Shown piece by piece: positions 62,941 to 64,000 of a DNA stretch of 64,000 nt. Source of the stretch: a virus. A program made the translations under genes and the position numbers. The notes under the pieces are model-generated. The model saw only the letters and a list, made by a program, of their open reading frames with translations. It searched no databases and was not told the DNA's origin. The stretch spans positions 32,001 to 96,000 of the IMG/VR virus record IMGVR_UViG_3300048883_000431. One strand, given 5' to 3'. How positions within the stretch are numbered: the stretch's first letter is position 1; each line of letters begins with the position of its first letter.

Positions 62941-63163
62941 TACGGTCCTCCAGGTCCAGGGACTGCAGCATCTTCACGTCGCCGTCAGCGAAGTCCAGGC
63001 TGTGCTCGACGGACATGAACAGCTCGTCTATCCGCTGCGTGGCACCCGCCCAGTAGATCTCGGCCTCCGTCAGCCGTGACCGCGCCCGACCGAGCAACGA
63101 CAGCGCCTCGGTGAGGGACTCGGTCACACGGTCCTGACGTGCTTCCTCACGCGTCGCTCCCAT
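62924..63163 (-). CDS. small helical hypothetical protein
   Basis: GAGGAG RBS. Confidence 0.6.
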   Translation of the reverse strand: MGATREEARQDRVTESLTEALSLLGRARSRLTEAEIYWAGATQRIDELFMSVEHSLDFADGDVKMLQSLDLEDRNATED

Positions 63164-63470
63164 TCGTCTCCTCCTCGAAGTGGTCCGATCTCGACGCGTC
63201 GCCTATGATGGTGATGTTGGGCTCGATCTCCCCGTTGGGCTTCCGTTCCAGGCAGATGGCGACCAGCTTGATGCCCTTCGACTCGATGAGGTCGAGCCAC
63301 TTCACGAAGTCGAACGCTCGGTACGCCATGTGCGCGTGCTTGGCAGTGCCCGGGTCCGTTGCGAACAGGTCCGTTCGGAGGAACGTGACGCCCTTCTCTT
63401 CCGCGAACCCAACGTCGGCCCCCGCTTTGTCTGGCCCCCCTACCACGGGGGGTTGTACGCGTTCGCTCAT
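63147..63470 (-). CDS. hypothetical protein
   Basis: ATGA coupling. Confidence 0.6.
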   Translation of the reverse strand: MSERVQPPVVGGPDKAGADVGFAEEKGVTFLRTDLFATDPGTAKHAHMAYRAFDFVKWLDLIESKGIKLVAICLERKPNGEIEPNITIIGDASRSDHFEEETNGSDA

Positions 63471-63895
63471 GCCCTTGTCCTATCGTCGACTTGCCGTTGG
63501 AGCGCTGCCGCCAGCGCCCCCAGCTTGGTGTTCACACGCTCCTCGGTAGGTGGCCCTTCGACCTCCTCGTCGGCCCGTGCCGTGCCGTCCGCCAGTATAC
63601 TCTCCGCCAGATACTCCACGACCGTCCACACGACGCAGTTCTTGAACTGATCGTTGGAACGCACGTTCTCGGCCCAACGGTTGGAGAGCAGTTCCAGCTC
63701 GGTGATGCCCACCCTGTCCGCCACGACCCCCAGGCATTCCCACATCTCCGTTGGCCACGCGTCGTAGACCAGGCACGTCTCGGTGTAGTAGGTCAGACCG
63801 GGGATGCCCTGCGTCGCGCTGTGCTTCACGATGTCGGACAGCTCGCCCGCCGTGTAGCGTAGCCGCATCCATTCGTAGAACGATTCAACTGCCAT
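63467..63895 (-). CDS. conserved phage hypothetical protein
   Basis: GGAGG RBS; DIVKHSATQGIPGLTYYTET, FKNCVVWTVVE. Confidence 0.65.
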   Translation of the reverse strand: MAVESFYEWMRLRYTAGELSDIVKHSATQGIPGLTYYTETCLVYDAWPTEMWECLGVVADRVGITELELLSNRWAENVRSNDQFKNCVVWTVVEYLAESILADGTARADEEVEGPPTEERVNTKLGALAAALQRQVDDRTRA

Positions 63896-64000
63896 AGGTT
63901 CCTCCCCTAACATACCGAGTGTATTACGCATTAAGTCTGTTTTCCAGCGCGCTTAGAATGGGGTGTAGTTGGGGTCTACGTTGCACTTGAGCGCCATCAC

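Noticed and set aside
1-64000. Genome-wide TAG stop-codon reassignment
   Set aside because: Long genes are uninterrupted in code 11 and several genes end cleanly in TAG next to the following start

Overview
This window is an internal fragment of a large, high-GC tailed phage or prophage with siphovirus-type organisation; I saw no host housekeeping context, integrase, capsid, terminase or lysis genes. The + strand (1-32031) carries the neck/tail module: head-tail adaptor, tail terminator, major tail protein, tail assembly chaperone with a -1 frameshift, a 2222-aa tape measure, Dit, fibre and Tal. The - strand (31961-63895) carries modification, replication/recombination and small early genes, including two sigma factors, two DNA MTases, Bet, Gp157, RusA, RuvB, MazG and a beta clamp plus a clamp-like paralogue. 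The main feature is about 21 glycan building/decorating genes in three blocks interleaved with the virion genes: 11 glycosyltransferase genes (12 domains; GT9-, GT4- and GT2-like), 5 SAM methyltransferases, 3 sulfotransferases, a pyruvyltransferase and an NDP-sugar reductase/epimerase. This suggests a phage-encoded system making a sulfated, methylated and pyruvylated glycan, most plausibly on the virion. A second oddity is a Dit gene apparently split mid-LamG domain by a 3.1-kb fibre cassette. All calls come from motif recognition by eye; no searches were run.
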